Source of the DNA: Eledone cirrhosa
Lineage: Eukaryota
Length of the DNA stretch: 64,000 bases
Assembly: GCA_964016885.1 (NCBI GenBank)
Contig: OZ024760.1
Coordinates: 9,796,001-9,860,000, forward strand
Direction: 5' to 3'
Part shown: piece by piece, positions 29,323 through 42,510 of the stretch
How the letters are laid out: every line of letters starts with the position of its first letter
How positions within the stretch are numbered: the first letter of the stretch is position 1
Notes under the pieces: model-generated
The model's database searches: none
The model's input: only the letters and a program-made list of their open reading frames with translations
Told to the model about the DNA's origin: nothing
Position numbers and translations under genes: made by a program

Positions 29323-30144
29323 TAGCCATGGTCTATGTTAGCAAGTGTCAAGCCAGTCAATGCAAAACAATTGATGGATATTGAAATGGAGGACTTTGCG
29401 TGAAGCGCAAGCTAATTGTTGTTTTCATGGCACACCAAACATACTCTTAATTTTCATCCTTCTTTCTCTTCTCCTTCATCATCATCTTTTCTTTTCCAAG
29501 AAGAAAAATAATAATGAAACAAAATAAAAATTGCAATATCTAATTAAAACCAATTTAAATGAAATTTACCCTTTATTTATTAATTTTATGTATATATTCT
29601 TTTAATTTTTTGAAAACACAATTTAGCAAACTAGCTAACTTTATCAAATTACTGTGAAATACTCTTATCAGCAGATATCTAGAGGTACATTCCTTCCTTT
29701 ACCAACGTTTTTAAAAACCAAAAGCGTATAAAATTAAACTTCTTTTTTAAAATGGCGATTTCTTAAACGTTTGTTGAAATTTTATTAATTTTTATTTTTT
29801 TTGTTTTTTTCTCTACTTTAACATCAGAGAGTTGAAAATCAGCAGAGAAATTAAATTAATAGGGCCCCCTCCCCTCCTTCTTCTTCTTCTTCACTCTCAC
29901 AACTATGATAACAGAAATAACCCCCCCCCCCCCCCGCCACCACTACCACTACCACCACCTCTAGTATGGAAGGAGCTAAACTAAAGATCAGATATTGAAA
30001 CGAGGTTTCATCATGTTTAATTTGGAAAAGGAAGTGAAATAATTAAAAATTTTAAATAGCAACAACAACAACAACAATAATAATAATAAAAGTAACAACA
30101 ACCACAATACCAATAACAACAACAGCAATATAACAACAACAGCA

Positions 30145-30179
<35 letters not shown>

Positions 30180-30867
30180 AACAGCAACAGTAATATAAGT
30201 GAGAAATGTTGGCATGTGGAGAAAATGGAGAAATATTATGTATGGAATGGTGTGATGAAGAACTTGTTGAAGAGTTCATTCCTTATTGCTGGGAAATGGG
30301 TCTGTCGAACATGACCCCAACTAGTGGTTGTGGGGGTTGTTGTGGTGGTGGTGGTGTGTGGAGGTGGTGGTGTTTGTGATGGTAGTGGTGTTGATGAGGG
30401 TGTGTGTTGGTAGTGGTGGTGATGGTGGTGATGGTGGTTGTGGTGGTGTTGATGGTGATGCCATGCTGTCAATAGTGATAAAAATAATGTTGAAGGCATT
30501 TAGTTTTTAGAGGCCAGGATTAGTATGTACAAACCAGGATTGGATACATATATATATATTATATATATATATATATATAAATAGTTGTTTTGGAAGCCTC
30601 AACAATGCAGATGGGTAAATCTCCGGGTATCAGAATCAAATGGTAATGAGAGAGAGACGTAGAAAGCGTTAAAAAACGCAGGAAAAGTGTAAAAAAAAAA
30701 AAAAAAAAAAAAAACATGAGATGGAAGCTATTTAACAGTCCCTATATTTTGGATTTCACATCGATCAACAAGGGGTTTTCTGAGGGGAAAAAAGGTTGTG
30801 TCGGAGAAGGACAGCATATGGCCTTCGTTGTTTAACATGTGTGTACAACTTTGTAACTCTATCTCGT

Positions 30868-31000
30868 GTTGGCAGTATCGGTAGAGGGTCGTATGCCATG
30901 ATTTGCAGCATAGAGTTATGCCCCTTTATGGTCTGAGTTCAAATCCCGCCAAGGTTAACTTTGCCTTTCATCCTTACGGGGGTCGATAAAATAAAGTACC
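30868..31000 (+). mobile_element. Family-2 tRNA-derived SINE
   Basis: Homology to 14546 and 61940 copies. Confidence 0.8.
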
Positions 31001-31669
31001 TTTAGTGTACCTTTTTGCACACTAAATTCCTCACTATAATTATTGTTAATTTTAACTTAGCTTATTGCTCTTCTGTACATGGCTTGCATTGCCCTCACAA
31101 GCCACTCATCTACCCCTAGTTTCCAAAGAGCCTACCAGATTATGGAATGAGAAATTCTGTCAAATGCTTTTTCCAGATCTTCAAATGCAAAGTAAATGGG
31201 CTTACTCTTAGCTGAACACCTCACATTTTTGGTCCTCACATCACAAAACATGCATAATGATTTTCGTTTTCTGCTTCCCCCCTTGCTGAGTATACTTGCC
31301 ACCTAGTTTCTCTCCTAGATTCTTATATACGTTTTGTGTATAAAATATATGGTGGAATATTTCATTTGAATATAGTGCGAGCGTGACAGGTTGTTATTAC
31401 TTAACAGTAGCACTAACATAGCGTAATTCATAATAAAAGTGTATTTGAAAGCACTTACAATTCTATTATGAAAGCATATATAACTCTATTATATATATAT
31501 ATCCAGGCACAGCTATCTCAGTGGTTGATGAGCATGCCAGACAGCTGTTTCAAGCTTCATTAATTTCTCATCAATGACACTCACCTGGTACTGAGATAAA
31601 AATAGCCTAGAGACTATGTAGGTTTTGCATATTTGAACATTTGCTTTTGAGTAACATTACTTGATAGAG

Positions 31670-33215
31670 TGCATGTCTCTGAGATGAGAGAGTCACTCCA
31701 GGTAGAGCTGCTACTTCTCCGAATTGAGAGATCACAGCTCCGATACTATGGACATGTGGTTAGAATGTCTCAGGAAAGAATGTGTAGCTCGGAGATGAGA
31801 GAGTCACTCCAGGTAGAGCTGCTACTTCTCCGAATTGAGAGATCACAGCTCTGATACTATGGACATGCGGTTAGAATGTCTCAGGAAAGAATGTGTAGCT
31901 CGGAGATCAGAGAGTCACTCCAGGTAGAGCTGCTACTTCTCCGAATTGAGAGATCACAGCTCCGATACTATAGACATGCGGTTAGAATGTCTCAGGAAAG
32001 AATGTGTAGCTCGGAGATCAGAGAGTCACTCCAGGTAGAGCTGCTACTTCTCCGAATTGAGAGATCACAGCTCCGATACTATGGACATGTGGTTAGAATG
32101 TCTCAGGAAAGAATGTGTAGCTCGGAGATCAGAGAGTCACTCCAGGTAGAGCTGCTACTTCTCTGAATTGAGAGATCACAGCTCCGATACTATGGACATC
32201 CGGTTAGAATGTCTCAGGAAAGAATGTGTAGCTCGGAGATCAGAGAGTCACTCCAGGTAGAGCTGCTACTTCTCCGAATTGAGAGATCACAGCTCCGATA
32301 CTATGGACATGTGGTTAGAATGTCTCAGGAAAGAATGTGTAGCTCGGAGATGAGAGAGTCACTCCAGGTAGAGCTGCTACTTCTCCGAATTGAGAGATCA
32401 CAGCTCCGATACTATGGACATGTGGTTAGAATGTCTCAGGAAAGAATGTGTAACTCGGAGATCAGAGAGTCACTCCAGGTAGAGCTGCTACTTCTCCGAA
32501 TTGAGAGATCACAGCTCCGATACGATGGACATGTGGTTAGAATGTCTCAGGAAAGAATGTGTAACTCGGAGATCAGAGAGTCACTCCAGGTAGAGCTGCT
32601 ACTTCTCCGAATTGAGAGATCACAGCTCCGATACTATGGACATGTGGTTAGAATGTCTCAGGAAAGAATGGTAGCTCGGAGATTAGAGAGTCACTCCAGG
32701 TAGAGCTGCTACTTCTCCGAATTGAGAGATCACAGCTCCGATACTATGGACATGTGGTTAGAATGTCTCAGGAAAGAATGTGTAGCTCGGAGATCAGAGA
32801 GTCACTCCAGGTAGAGCTGCTACTTCTCTGAATTGAGAGATCACAGCTCCGATACTATGGACATGTGGTTAGAATGTCTCAGGAAAGAATGTGTAACTCG
32901 GAGATGAGAGAGTCACTCCAGGTAGAGCTGCTACTTCTCCGAATTGAGAGATCACAGCTCCGATACTATGGACATGTGGTTAGAATGTCTCAGGAAAGAA
33001 TTGCTGGACAGATTTTACTTGGGCAAAACCAACCAACAGGAGACCCCGAGGCTAGACCCCGAGCAAGATGGTTGGATAACATCCGTGAGCTTGGTTGGTT
33101 TTGCTTGGGGATCCAGCTGGATCAGTTGGAGATGGTTGCTTCTGACAGGACCCGCTGGCGGGAGGGTTTGCGGACTCTGCCCTCACAACCCTCTCAGGAA
33201 TAAGTAGGCGAAGAA
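31670..33215 (+). mobile_element. RTE-type LINE 3' end with a 111-bp segment amplified 12 times
   Basis: Unit encodes EIRESLQVELLLLRIERSQLRYYGHVVRMSQERMCSS; last unit continues into RPRARWLDNI; unamplified homolog at 61600-61840. Confidence 0.88.
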
Positions 33216-34529
33216 GAGAAGTAGAACATTTGCTGGAGATGCTCATTTACATATAGTATAAACTTGGCTGGTTATAATTAATTGGCAGGGGCACTAACAT
33301 AGCATTGTTCACATTAGGGGTGTATATGAAAACATATACTATATGTTTATGTATAATTAACATGTGAGAGCCTCACTATGAAAGAAAATAAGCAACTCCT
33401 GCAAATTTTCAATACATACACACCACAGAAAGACAAGGTGGAATAAATAGAACAAGATCAGAAGAGGAAACACAGAGGACCAAGAATAGTTATTGATAAG
33501 GTTACAGGATGTGTGGTGAAAGACCTTTGACAATTAACAATTAACAACCATCAGTTACTAAACTAACCAAGGAATGGATTAGTTACCTAACTAATCATAA
33601 AACTGAAGTGAAACTCAACTGGTGTGTGTGTTTGTATTGAATACACCCCCTCACCCACCCCACCCCCACACACACACAGACACACATGTGCTGACACACA
33701 CATACATATATATAAATGCCTGCTTTGACGGTAGGTCATGGGGTTAACTTTTATTGGAAAATTTCTAAGCATACTTCTTCTTCTTCTCCGCCTCTTCATC
33801 GTTATCATTCATTAATAGTTTTAATAGTAACAGCAGTACCTCCCATCCACACCACCACCACCACCACCACCACTGCTACTGCCATCACCATCATCATCAC
33901 CACCACCACTTCACTTCCACAGCCCTCACCCACATCACTCACAACCTCCACCCTTACCCCCACCACAACCACAACCACAAAAGTGTACCCAGGGTAATGA
34001 ATTTAATGTTGAAATAAAAAAAAATTACATTGAAATCAATGAAATATCTTTTAAATTGATTTAAATTAAATTTGTGAGTTTTTCTACTTTGAACTTTAAG
34101 TACAGTATTTTATCTTCCATGGTTTGGCCATGTGGTTAAAGTGTTTAATCCTCAACCATGTGGTTTTAGGTTTAGTCCTCAATCGTGTGGTTTTAGGTTT
34201 AGTCCTCAATCGTGTGGTTTTAGGTTTAGTCCTCAATCGTGGGGTTTTAGGTTTAGTCCCACTGCGTGGCACTGTCTTCCAAGACCAGGTTTAGAACTTG
34301 GGAGGCCCTGGAGCAATTCAGGTTTGGTGGGCCTTGCATATGACAACAGACAGACACACACACACACACACATATATAATGTGTAGATTCCTGTGTTATG
34401 TTGGGGGGTAACCACACTTTAAAAAGTTACTCAATACATTGGTAGAGTATAGGCATCTTTATTATATATAGAAATGACTTTTACAGGACTAGAACTGTTT
34501 CATTTGTATGAAATCATCAGGTACAGGTA

Positions 34530-34571
<42 letters not shown>

Positions 34572-35024
34572 CACACATACACACATACACGCAGGAAGAG
34601 AGAGAGAAAAAAAGAACGGGTCCTGTTTGGAGTGGGGTGCTCTGTTTGATGTGGAGGGCATCCAGGGCATTCACCCCCACTGACTCCCAATAAATCTGGC
34701 CCTGTTTTCTTCTGTTGTGACCTGAGATTGGACAATACCTTCTCAATGAGATTTCATACATGAAAATTGTAAGGAAACCTTCTGTATATATATCATCACC
34801 ATACATCCATTTTTCTATGGTTGGATGGGTTGTCATAGACCAATTCAGTACTTAATTGGAGCTATTAACCTCTCAGACAGGACAAGGGCCCTGGCTTGCT
34901 TATACACACTCTCATTTTGGCAGAGCTTCTACTTTGTTAGAACTATGGTGTTTTATTGGTAATATCATACATACATTTTATGGAGACAGCCTTTTTGGAA
35001 TAACATAAAACACAGGTCTGTTCA

Positions 35025-35312
35025 TCATCATCATCATCATTTAACGTCTATCTTCCACGCTAGCATGGGTTAGACGGGAGTTGTCCCACTTGAGGCAAGA
35101 TTGGTCGGGTGACCGTGTCTCGCTCTTATAGGACTATCTGGCAGGTTTTCTATGGCTGGATGCCCTTCCTAACACCAACCACGTTTACAGTGTAGACTGG
35201 GAACTTTTTACCGTGTTACCTACACGGCCACATTACAGCGTGGACTGTCTGATTTTTTTTGTCGTGACACCTACACAATCTCATTTATTTGGGACTGGAT
35301 GTTGTGGTACCA
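35025..35312 (-). mobile_element. SINE / RTE-tail repeat
   Basis: Reverse complement of 55940-56197. Confidence 0.8.
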
Positions 35313-35612
35313 ACATAACTTTATAGAGAAAGGGTGGTGTTGGCGGGAGTGGGGGGATGGAGTGGGGTGTGTTTGGTTTGGAGGTGCCTATTGACTGTAG
35401 GTTAACTTTGCACATAGGGAAGGCGGGTCTTCATATCAATACATTTACATATGGATTACCTAATGGGCCATCTGTAGACAGCTTGTCATGGATTGCATTA
35501 TGGTATCATAACGTAATCATTTCACCACAGAAATACGTATTATGTCTAATTGTACAATTAAAGAAGTTATGTAACCTGGCCTTTGTATAGTATCATTAAT
35601 ACATTATATATA

Positions 35613-35716
35613 TACAGGATGTCCCCCCCACAATGTATACACACTTCAACAGCATTCTAATAAATATTGCCTGTACAGGTAATCAAAGTATGTATACATT
35701 TTCCCAGGACACTGTA
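35613..35716. mobile_element. Small Tc1/mariner-type MITE
   Basis: TA-cagg(a)tgtcc...aatgtatac / gtatacatt...ggacactg-TA imperfect TIRs. Confidence 0.5.
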
Positions 35717-36587
35717 TATATATAATGAGTCCCCTCGGTTGGTTTGACCATAGGAACCTACCTTATGAAGCTGCATTACAATATAGGCCAGATGATGTGG
35801 GGGTGGGGCCAGGACTTGTATGACTTTGCCTAGACGCAATATATAATCTAAGCTCTACATTTACTACATTCTACATTTCTTAAACTTTAAATTTATTTAA
35901 TTATATCCTTTTAATTTATATTCTTTTCAACCTCTGTTTTACCATTATTTTCTCTCTCCCCCTCCCCTCCAATCACATCAACACCTAGCAGGTGAGAAAT
36001 CTAGTTGGTGAGGTGGGGTGGGGGGTGGATAGACCTGTTACTACTTCCATAATTACCATTTGTTGATAGAGAGGAAGGAGGGGACTAAAAGATTCTCAAA
36101 CTTTGTCTTCATGCTTAGCAGAAGTGGCGTGAGGCGGGGGGGGTGGGGGGGGACTATCTCCCACATCTGCCCTAGTTTTGGTGTAGGGTAGAAATCATAC
36201 GAGAGGGAGGGGAGAAGCTTAGTAGCAACAGGCTATATGCCAGACCCGCAATATCGATAAACTTTAGAAGCTGCTTGTTTTGGGGGGAACTTGGGTCCCC
36301 CTAGTTACATGAAAATCACACCACCTAATCATAGACACCACAGAAATGTGTATAATAGCTGAATAAATGTCTGCACAATTTCATACGGCCTTCACTAATA
36401 TTTACTGTTATATATATATATAGTTATAGTTGGGGAGGGTCATATTGTTGTAATAATATTGCCAGAAATAATAACAGAACACACTCACTGTTTGGTTGTC
36501 TACCTCATTTTTATTTTTAAAACTAAAAACGGCGTAGACATTACAATACAATACAATACAGTAGAGGGAAACATGATAATAGTACCA

Positions 36588-37690
36588 GTCATTTGGTATG
36601 ACCCCCATTCTGTATTATTTGGTTTACTATCCAGGTGACCATAGTATGTCGCACCATTCCAGATGCTTTCAACATCTCAGCAACTATCTCCGAAGGCCCA
36701 GCTCCCTTGCCTGTCTTCATATCTCTGATTGGCTTACTTACTATACTACTATTAACTTGCATAGCTGGTCCTTCTGTTGGATCGATGTGGGGCAGACTAT
36801 CTTTATTCCATTCATTCTCCACATTCAGTAGTCTCTTGTAGTGACATTTCCAAGCTACCTTATCAGTATCAGTGAGGGCAAGTACACCATCATCACTACA
36901 GACACACTTCTCCCCGACAATATCACGGTTTTTCTTGACACATTATCTAGCAATCCTGAACACCTCACGTTTTTGGTCCTCACGTTGTAGAACATGCTTG
37001 AACTTTCTATCCTCTGCTTCCCTTCTTGCAGAGTACACTTGTCTCCTAGCTTCTCTCCTGGCCACTTGATAGTCTTCTCTACTTCTGAAGCCTTCCTCAT
37101 TTCTAGTACCGAACCCATAGCCTCCATGGATTCCGCCATAGCCATCATAATATTGTTCAACATAACCATTTAGGTCGCCAGCAATAATTATGTAGTCACT
37201 GTCGCTTATTTGGGAGGTAGTGAGCATTAGCGACTCATAGAACCTGTCTTTTATAACATCAGGTAGACCAGATTGTGGTGCATATGCAGATATTATTGTC
37301 ACAGTAGTTCAATTTAGGACTAGTCTTATTTTAATTATTCTGTTGTTTACTCTATTTACAGCAATTACCTTACCTACCCTTTTTTCTGCTAACATAATTC
37401 CTACACCACCCAGCTCATTGTCATTTCCCACCCAGAAAAGTTTATAGCATCGTTTTTTTTACCCTCAATGAATCTAGCAGACTCACCCCTCCATCTGGTC
37501 TCTTGAACACAACAAACATCAACTTCCTTACGTTCAAGCATTTCTCCATCCGCATTTGAGCGACCTTTCAAAGTGCCTACATTCATGGTACCAACTCTGA
37601 AGTTTGGGATTTCGTTGGGTGGGTGGAAGGGATGGGTTGGAGGTGCAGGGTGGGGTGTGGGAGATGGAATTATGTTGGCCATCCGTGTCT
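36588..37690 (-). mobile_element. Decayed RTE-type LINE 5' part (APE endonuclease to start of RT)
   Basis: VGTMNVGTL, DVCCVQETRW, ISAYAPQ and IIAGDLN motifs; 3' part homologous to 27048-27420. Confidence 0.9.
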
Positions 37691-37767
37691 GAAATATATA
37701 TATATATATATATAGGAAGAATCAGTATTTTCTAGCATGTTTACATATATGTGTATATATTATACAT

Positions 37768-38050
37768 GGAGGCACGTGGCCTAGTGGTAAGGGTGTTGGA
37801 CTTACGATCATAATGTTGTGAGCTCGATTCCTGGGCTGTGTGTTGTGTTCTTGAGCAAGACACTTCATTTCACGTTACTCCAGTATACTCAGCTGAAAAT
37901 GAGCACCAGCAATAGCTGGAGGTTTAACCCTGCGATGGACTGGCGTCCTATCCAGGGGGGAGTCTTGTATTCTCAGTCACTTCATGCCATGAAACCAGGA
38001 TAAGCACCAGCCAAATGAGCTTTCTGGCTTAAGACAGATTTTAGACTTTT
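37768..38050 (+). mobile_element. tRNA-derived SINE, family 1 relative
   Basis: tggcctagtgg box A, gctcgattc box B-like, cttgagcaagacact body. Confidence 0.75.
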
Positions 38051-38189
38051 TAGGTATATTATACACGGTGAAGTCTCACACACTTTCTATATATACAGAT
38101 ATAACTTCATCATATATATATATATTATATATATACATTGTCCAATATATATATTATATATGTACATTGTCCAATATATATATTATATA

Positions 38190-39658
38190 CTAGCAGTAAA
38201 GCCCGGCGTTGCTCGGGGTCGCTCAGTAGCTGTGTTAAAGTTACAATGTTAAGTTTCTTTCTTGGCTTAAAAACTGTAGTGTCTACTGTGCAGACTTGCA
38301 TGTGGTGTTTTTGATTAATATTCCCTCAACCAACAATATGCCTTATGAAGTTAAGAAAACATAACGATAACCCGAATGTTATAACAAAAGAGGATGCTGG
38401 GGATAGAAACTGCACTGGTTATTTATTAACAAAGATCGAAAATGTAAACACTGCAACGCAGAGAAAAACATTAGCGTAACCAAATTATCAGTTATGTCTG
38501 TCTGCACGCCTATATCGTCTGTCTGCACGCCTATATCACCTCTCTGCACGACTGTCTGTCTGCACGACTGTCTGTCTGCACGCCTAACGACGAAATATTT
38601 GCTTGTTTTACGTAGTCTTTAAATAGACTTGTTTTCAAGTAAAAATATTGTTTTAAAATGCTTTTAAATGGAAATGAAGCAAAACGGAAGCTTAGTGTTC
38701 GAACTGATGAATTTTGCAGGTCAATATTTTGCTGGCTCAACAACTGTTAAAGCCAGCGTAATTTTTTACGTAAGACGCTCAATGTAAACAGAACAAAGGG
38801 AAATAACTGATAACTTACGCTCAAAAATCGATACATTATATTCGATTTCGTCACATAGGGTGGGTCAATTTGAAATTTTTTTTTTCCGATGTCTTCGCTA
38901 GGGCTCAATGTACAAGTATAGCAATTTCGGTGCAATTCCGTGAGAGATTCTAAGAGGAGATGTGTGCCAAAAATCGATAGACAGACAGACAACCACAGTT
39001 TTATATATATAGATTAGTGTTCGAACTGATGAATTTTGCAGGTCAATATTTTGCTGGCTCGACAACTGTTAAAGCCAGCGTAATTTTTTACGTAAGATGC
39101 TTAATGTAAACAGAACAAAGGGAAATAACTGATAACTTACGCTCAAAAATCGATACATTATATTCGATTTCGTCACATAGGGTGGGTCAATTTGAAATTT
39201 TTTTTTTTCCGATGTCTTCGCTAGGGCTCAATGTACAAGTATAGCAATTTCGGTGCAATTCCGTGAGAGATTCTAAGAGGAGATGTGTGCCAAAAATCGA
39301 TAGACAGACAGACAACCACAGTTTTATATATATAGATTAGTGTTCGAACTGATGAATTTTGCAGGTCAATATTTTGCTGGCTCGACAACTGTTAAAGCCA
39401 GCGTAATTTTTTACGTAAGACGCTTAATGTAAACAGAACAAAGGGAAATAACTGATAACTTACGCTCAAAAATCGATACATTATATTCGATTTCGTCACA
39501 TAGGGTGGGTCAATTTGAAATTTTTTTTTTCCGATGTCTTCGCTAGGGCTCAATGTACAAGTATAGCAATTTCGGTGCAATTCCGTGAGAGATTCTAAGA
39601 GGAGATGTGTGCCAAAAATCGATAGACAGACAGACAACCACAGTTTTATATATATAGA
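38190..39658 (-). mobile_element. Non-autonomous Helitron with triplicated 5' end
   Basis: Minus strand reads A|TCTATATATAT...cccgagcaacgccggg hairpin...CTAG|T; removing it restores the flanking tattatata|tgtacattgtcc repeat unit. Confidence 0.88.
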
Positions 39659-39667
39659 TGTACATTG

Positions 39668-39735
<68 letters not shown>

Positions 39736-39790
39736 GTGAGGTTTTTTTTACAAAGTGAAAAATAACCGAGGTGTCCTACACCAGTGAAAG

Positions 39791-40096
39791 TATAAAGAAA
39801 AAAAGATAAAATCGTAAATGCAACTGGAGTCTTTTTTTTTTTTTTTTTTTTTAAATATATATATTTATTTGGTTCCTTTACCGGTTTCGCAGTTCTTCTG
39901 CTTTTCAAAAGTAGAGTTGAGATGGAGGGTCTGTGGTTTTTCTCACAGATATGAGAAAAACCACAGACCCTCCATCTCAACTCTACTTTTGAAAAGCAGA
40001 AGAACTGCGAAACCGGTAAAGGAACCAAATAAAAATATATATTTTTTTTTTTTAAATAAGACTCCAGTTGCATTTTCGATTTCATCTTTTTTTCTT

Positions 40097-40100
<4 letters not shown>
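39791..40100. repeat. Long inverted repeat (about 155-bp arms, 6-nt loop) with hammerhead 3' half GAAACCGGTA in each arm
   Basis: Arms reverse-complementary around ctca-cagata-tgag. Confidence 0.9.
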
Positions 40101-40135
<35 letters not shown>

Positions 40136-40328
40136 ATATATATATTATATATGTACATTGTCCAATATATATATATATATTATATATGTACATTGTCCAA
40201 TATATATATATATATTCTAAAATGATTATCGTAGATTTTGCTTATCTCCCCTCCGACCACCATCAATATCATCATCTTGTATTGTTGCTAAGCAACTAAC
40301 TATTGTTTCCAATTTGTTCTTTCTACAG

Positions 40329-40395
40329 TTGAGAAGATGGTCAATGTTGGAAAACAGGTGTTGCAAGAGAAAGGTGGCAACGTGGATGATATAAG
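40329..40395 (+). CDS. HINT3: HINT3-like internal exon B ([V]EKMVNVGKQVLQEKGGNVDDI[R])
   Basis: ttcttctacag acceptor, gtgagt donor, 67 bp, phase 1 to 2, joins exons A and C in frame. Confidence 0.85.
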
Positions 40396-41985
40396 GTGAG
40401 TGCTGATTGGTCAGTTTATGGTGTTGTATATAAGGTGAGTGATGATTGGTCAGTTTGTGGTGTTGTATATAAGGTGAGTGATGATTGGTCAGTTTGTGGT
40501 GTTGTATATAAGGTGAGTGCTGATTGGTCAGTTTGTGGTGTTGTATATAAGGTGAGTGATGATTGGTCAGTTTGTGGTGTTGTATATAAGGTGAGTGATG
40601 ATTGGTCAGTTTGTGGTGTTGTATATAAGGTGAGTGATGATTGGTCAGTTTGTGGTGTTGTATATAAGGTGAGTGATGATTGGTCAGTTTGTGGTGTTGT
40701 ATATAAGGTGAGTGATGATTGGTCAGTTTGTGGTGTTGTATATAAGGTGAGTGATGATTGGTCAGTTTGTGGTGTTGTATATAAGGTGAGTGGTGATTGG
40801 TCAGTTTGTGGTGTTGTATATAAGGTGAGGGGTGATTGGTCAGTTTGTGGTGTTGTATATAAGGTGAGGGGTGATTGGTCAGTTTGTGGTATTATATATA
40901 AAGTGGGTGATGATTGGTCAGTTTGTGGTGTTGTATATAAGGTGAGGGGTGATTGGTCAGTTTGTGGTGTTGTATATAAGTTGAGGGGTGATTGGTCAGT
41001 TTGTGGTGTTGTATATAAGTTGAGGGGTGATTGGTCAGTTTGTGGTGTTGTATATAAGGTGAGGGGTGATTGGTCAGTTTGTGGTGTTGTATATAAGTTG
41101 AGGGGTGATTGGTCAGTTTGTGGTGTTGTATATAAGGTGAGGGGTGATTGGTCAGTTTGTGGTGTTGTATATAAGGTGAGTGCTGATTGGTCAGTTTATG
41201 GTGTTGTATATAAGGTGAGTGATGATTGGTCAGTTTGTGGTGTTGTATATAAGGTGAGGGATGATTGGTCAGTTTGTGGTGTTGTATATAAGGTGAGTGA
41301 TGATTGGTCAGTTTGTGGTGTTGTATATAAGGTGAGTGCTGATTGGTCAGTTTATGGTGTTGTATATAAGGTGAGTGATGATTGGTCAGTTTGTGGTGTT
41401 GTATATAAGGTGAGTGATGATTGGTCAGTTTGTGGTGTTGTATATAAGGTGAGTGATGATTGGTCAGTTTGTGGTGTTGTATATAAGGTGAGTGATGATT
41501 GGTCAGTTTGTGGTGTTGTATATAAGGTGAGTGATGATTGGTCAGTTTGTGGTGTTGTATATAAGGTGAGGGGTGATTGGTCAGTTTGTGGTGTTGTATA
41601 GAGTGAGTGATGATTGGTCAGTTTGTGGTGTTTATATAAGGTGAGTGATGATTGGTCAGTTTGTGGTGTTGTATATAAGGTGAGTGATGATTGGTCAGTT
41701 TGTGGTGGTGTATATAAGGTGAGTGTTGATTGGTCAGTTTGTGGAGTTGTATATAAGGTAAGTGATGATTGGTCAGTTTGTGGTGTTGTATATAAGGTGA
41801 GGGGTGATTGGTCAGTTTGTGGTGTTGTATATAAGGTGAGTGTTGATTGGTCAGTTTGTGGAGTTGTATATAAGGTAAGTGATGATTGGTCAGTTTGTGG
41901 TGTTGTATATAAGGTGAGGGGTGATTGGTCAGTTTGTGGTGTTGTATATAAGGTGAGGGGTGATTGGTCAGTTTGTGGTGTTGTA
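40391..41985. repeat. 39-bp minisatellite, about 41 copies, whose unit contains the exon B splice donor
   Basis: Unit ataag|gtgagtgatgattggtcagtttgtggtgttgtat. Confidence 0.95.
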
Positions 41986-42158
41986 CATAATTAGGTCCAC
42001 CTGGTATCTTACCACACCCTCTTTGTAATATATATATATATATATGAGTGTGTGCATATATATATATATATATACACACACATGCACACAGTTTTTTAAA
42101 ATGTAACCAAAACATTCTATGGATTAGTGTGTGTTTGGAAAACTTATTTATATCTTGG

Positions 42159-42202
42159 TTAATTCTGAGGACTCACAGGAGGATGAAACATATGTAAATT
42201 AA
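42159..42202 (+). ncRNA. Hammerhead-like motif with degenerate stem II
   Basis: UUAAUU-CUGAGGA...GAAAC-AUAU-GUA|AAUUAA. Confidence 0.5.
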
Positions 42203-42247
42203 ATTATGATATAAATAACAGTGTTTGGTAACACATTTTAATGTAAA

Positions 42248-42279
<32 letters not shown>

Positions 42280-42510
42280 GTATTTATATATATATATAGG
42301 AAAAAGTTTAAGAGTCCAGAAATAGCTGACGGGGTTAAACCTTTTCCTATTACCCACTCTACTACCCTAAGTATTGAGTACTCTGGTGCGTTATGGTCCA
42401 TCTGGTTCCTTACCACACCTCCTTCGTTATATATATATATATATAGTGTAGGTAGTATAGTGAAATACTGGTGTTGGTACCACATCAAGCACTCTATGCT
42501 CAGGCAGAGT

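Noticed and set aside
38705-38711. CTGATGA in the Helitron repeat as hammerhead core or snoRNA box
   Set aside because: No stem II plus GAAA partner or supporting structure nearby
40396-41601. 401-aa repeat ORF after exon B as an alternative C-terminus
   Set aside because: Not in the HINT3 frame, which stops at TGA 40397-40399
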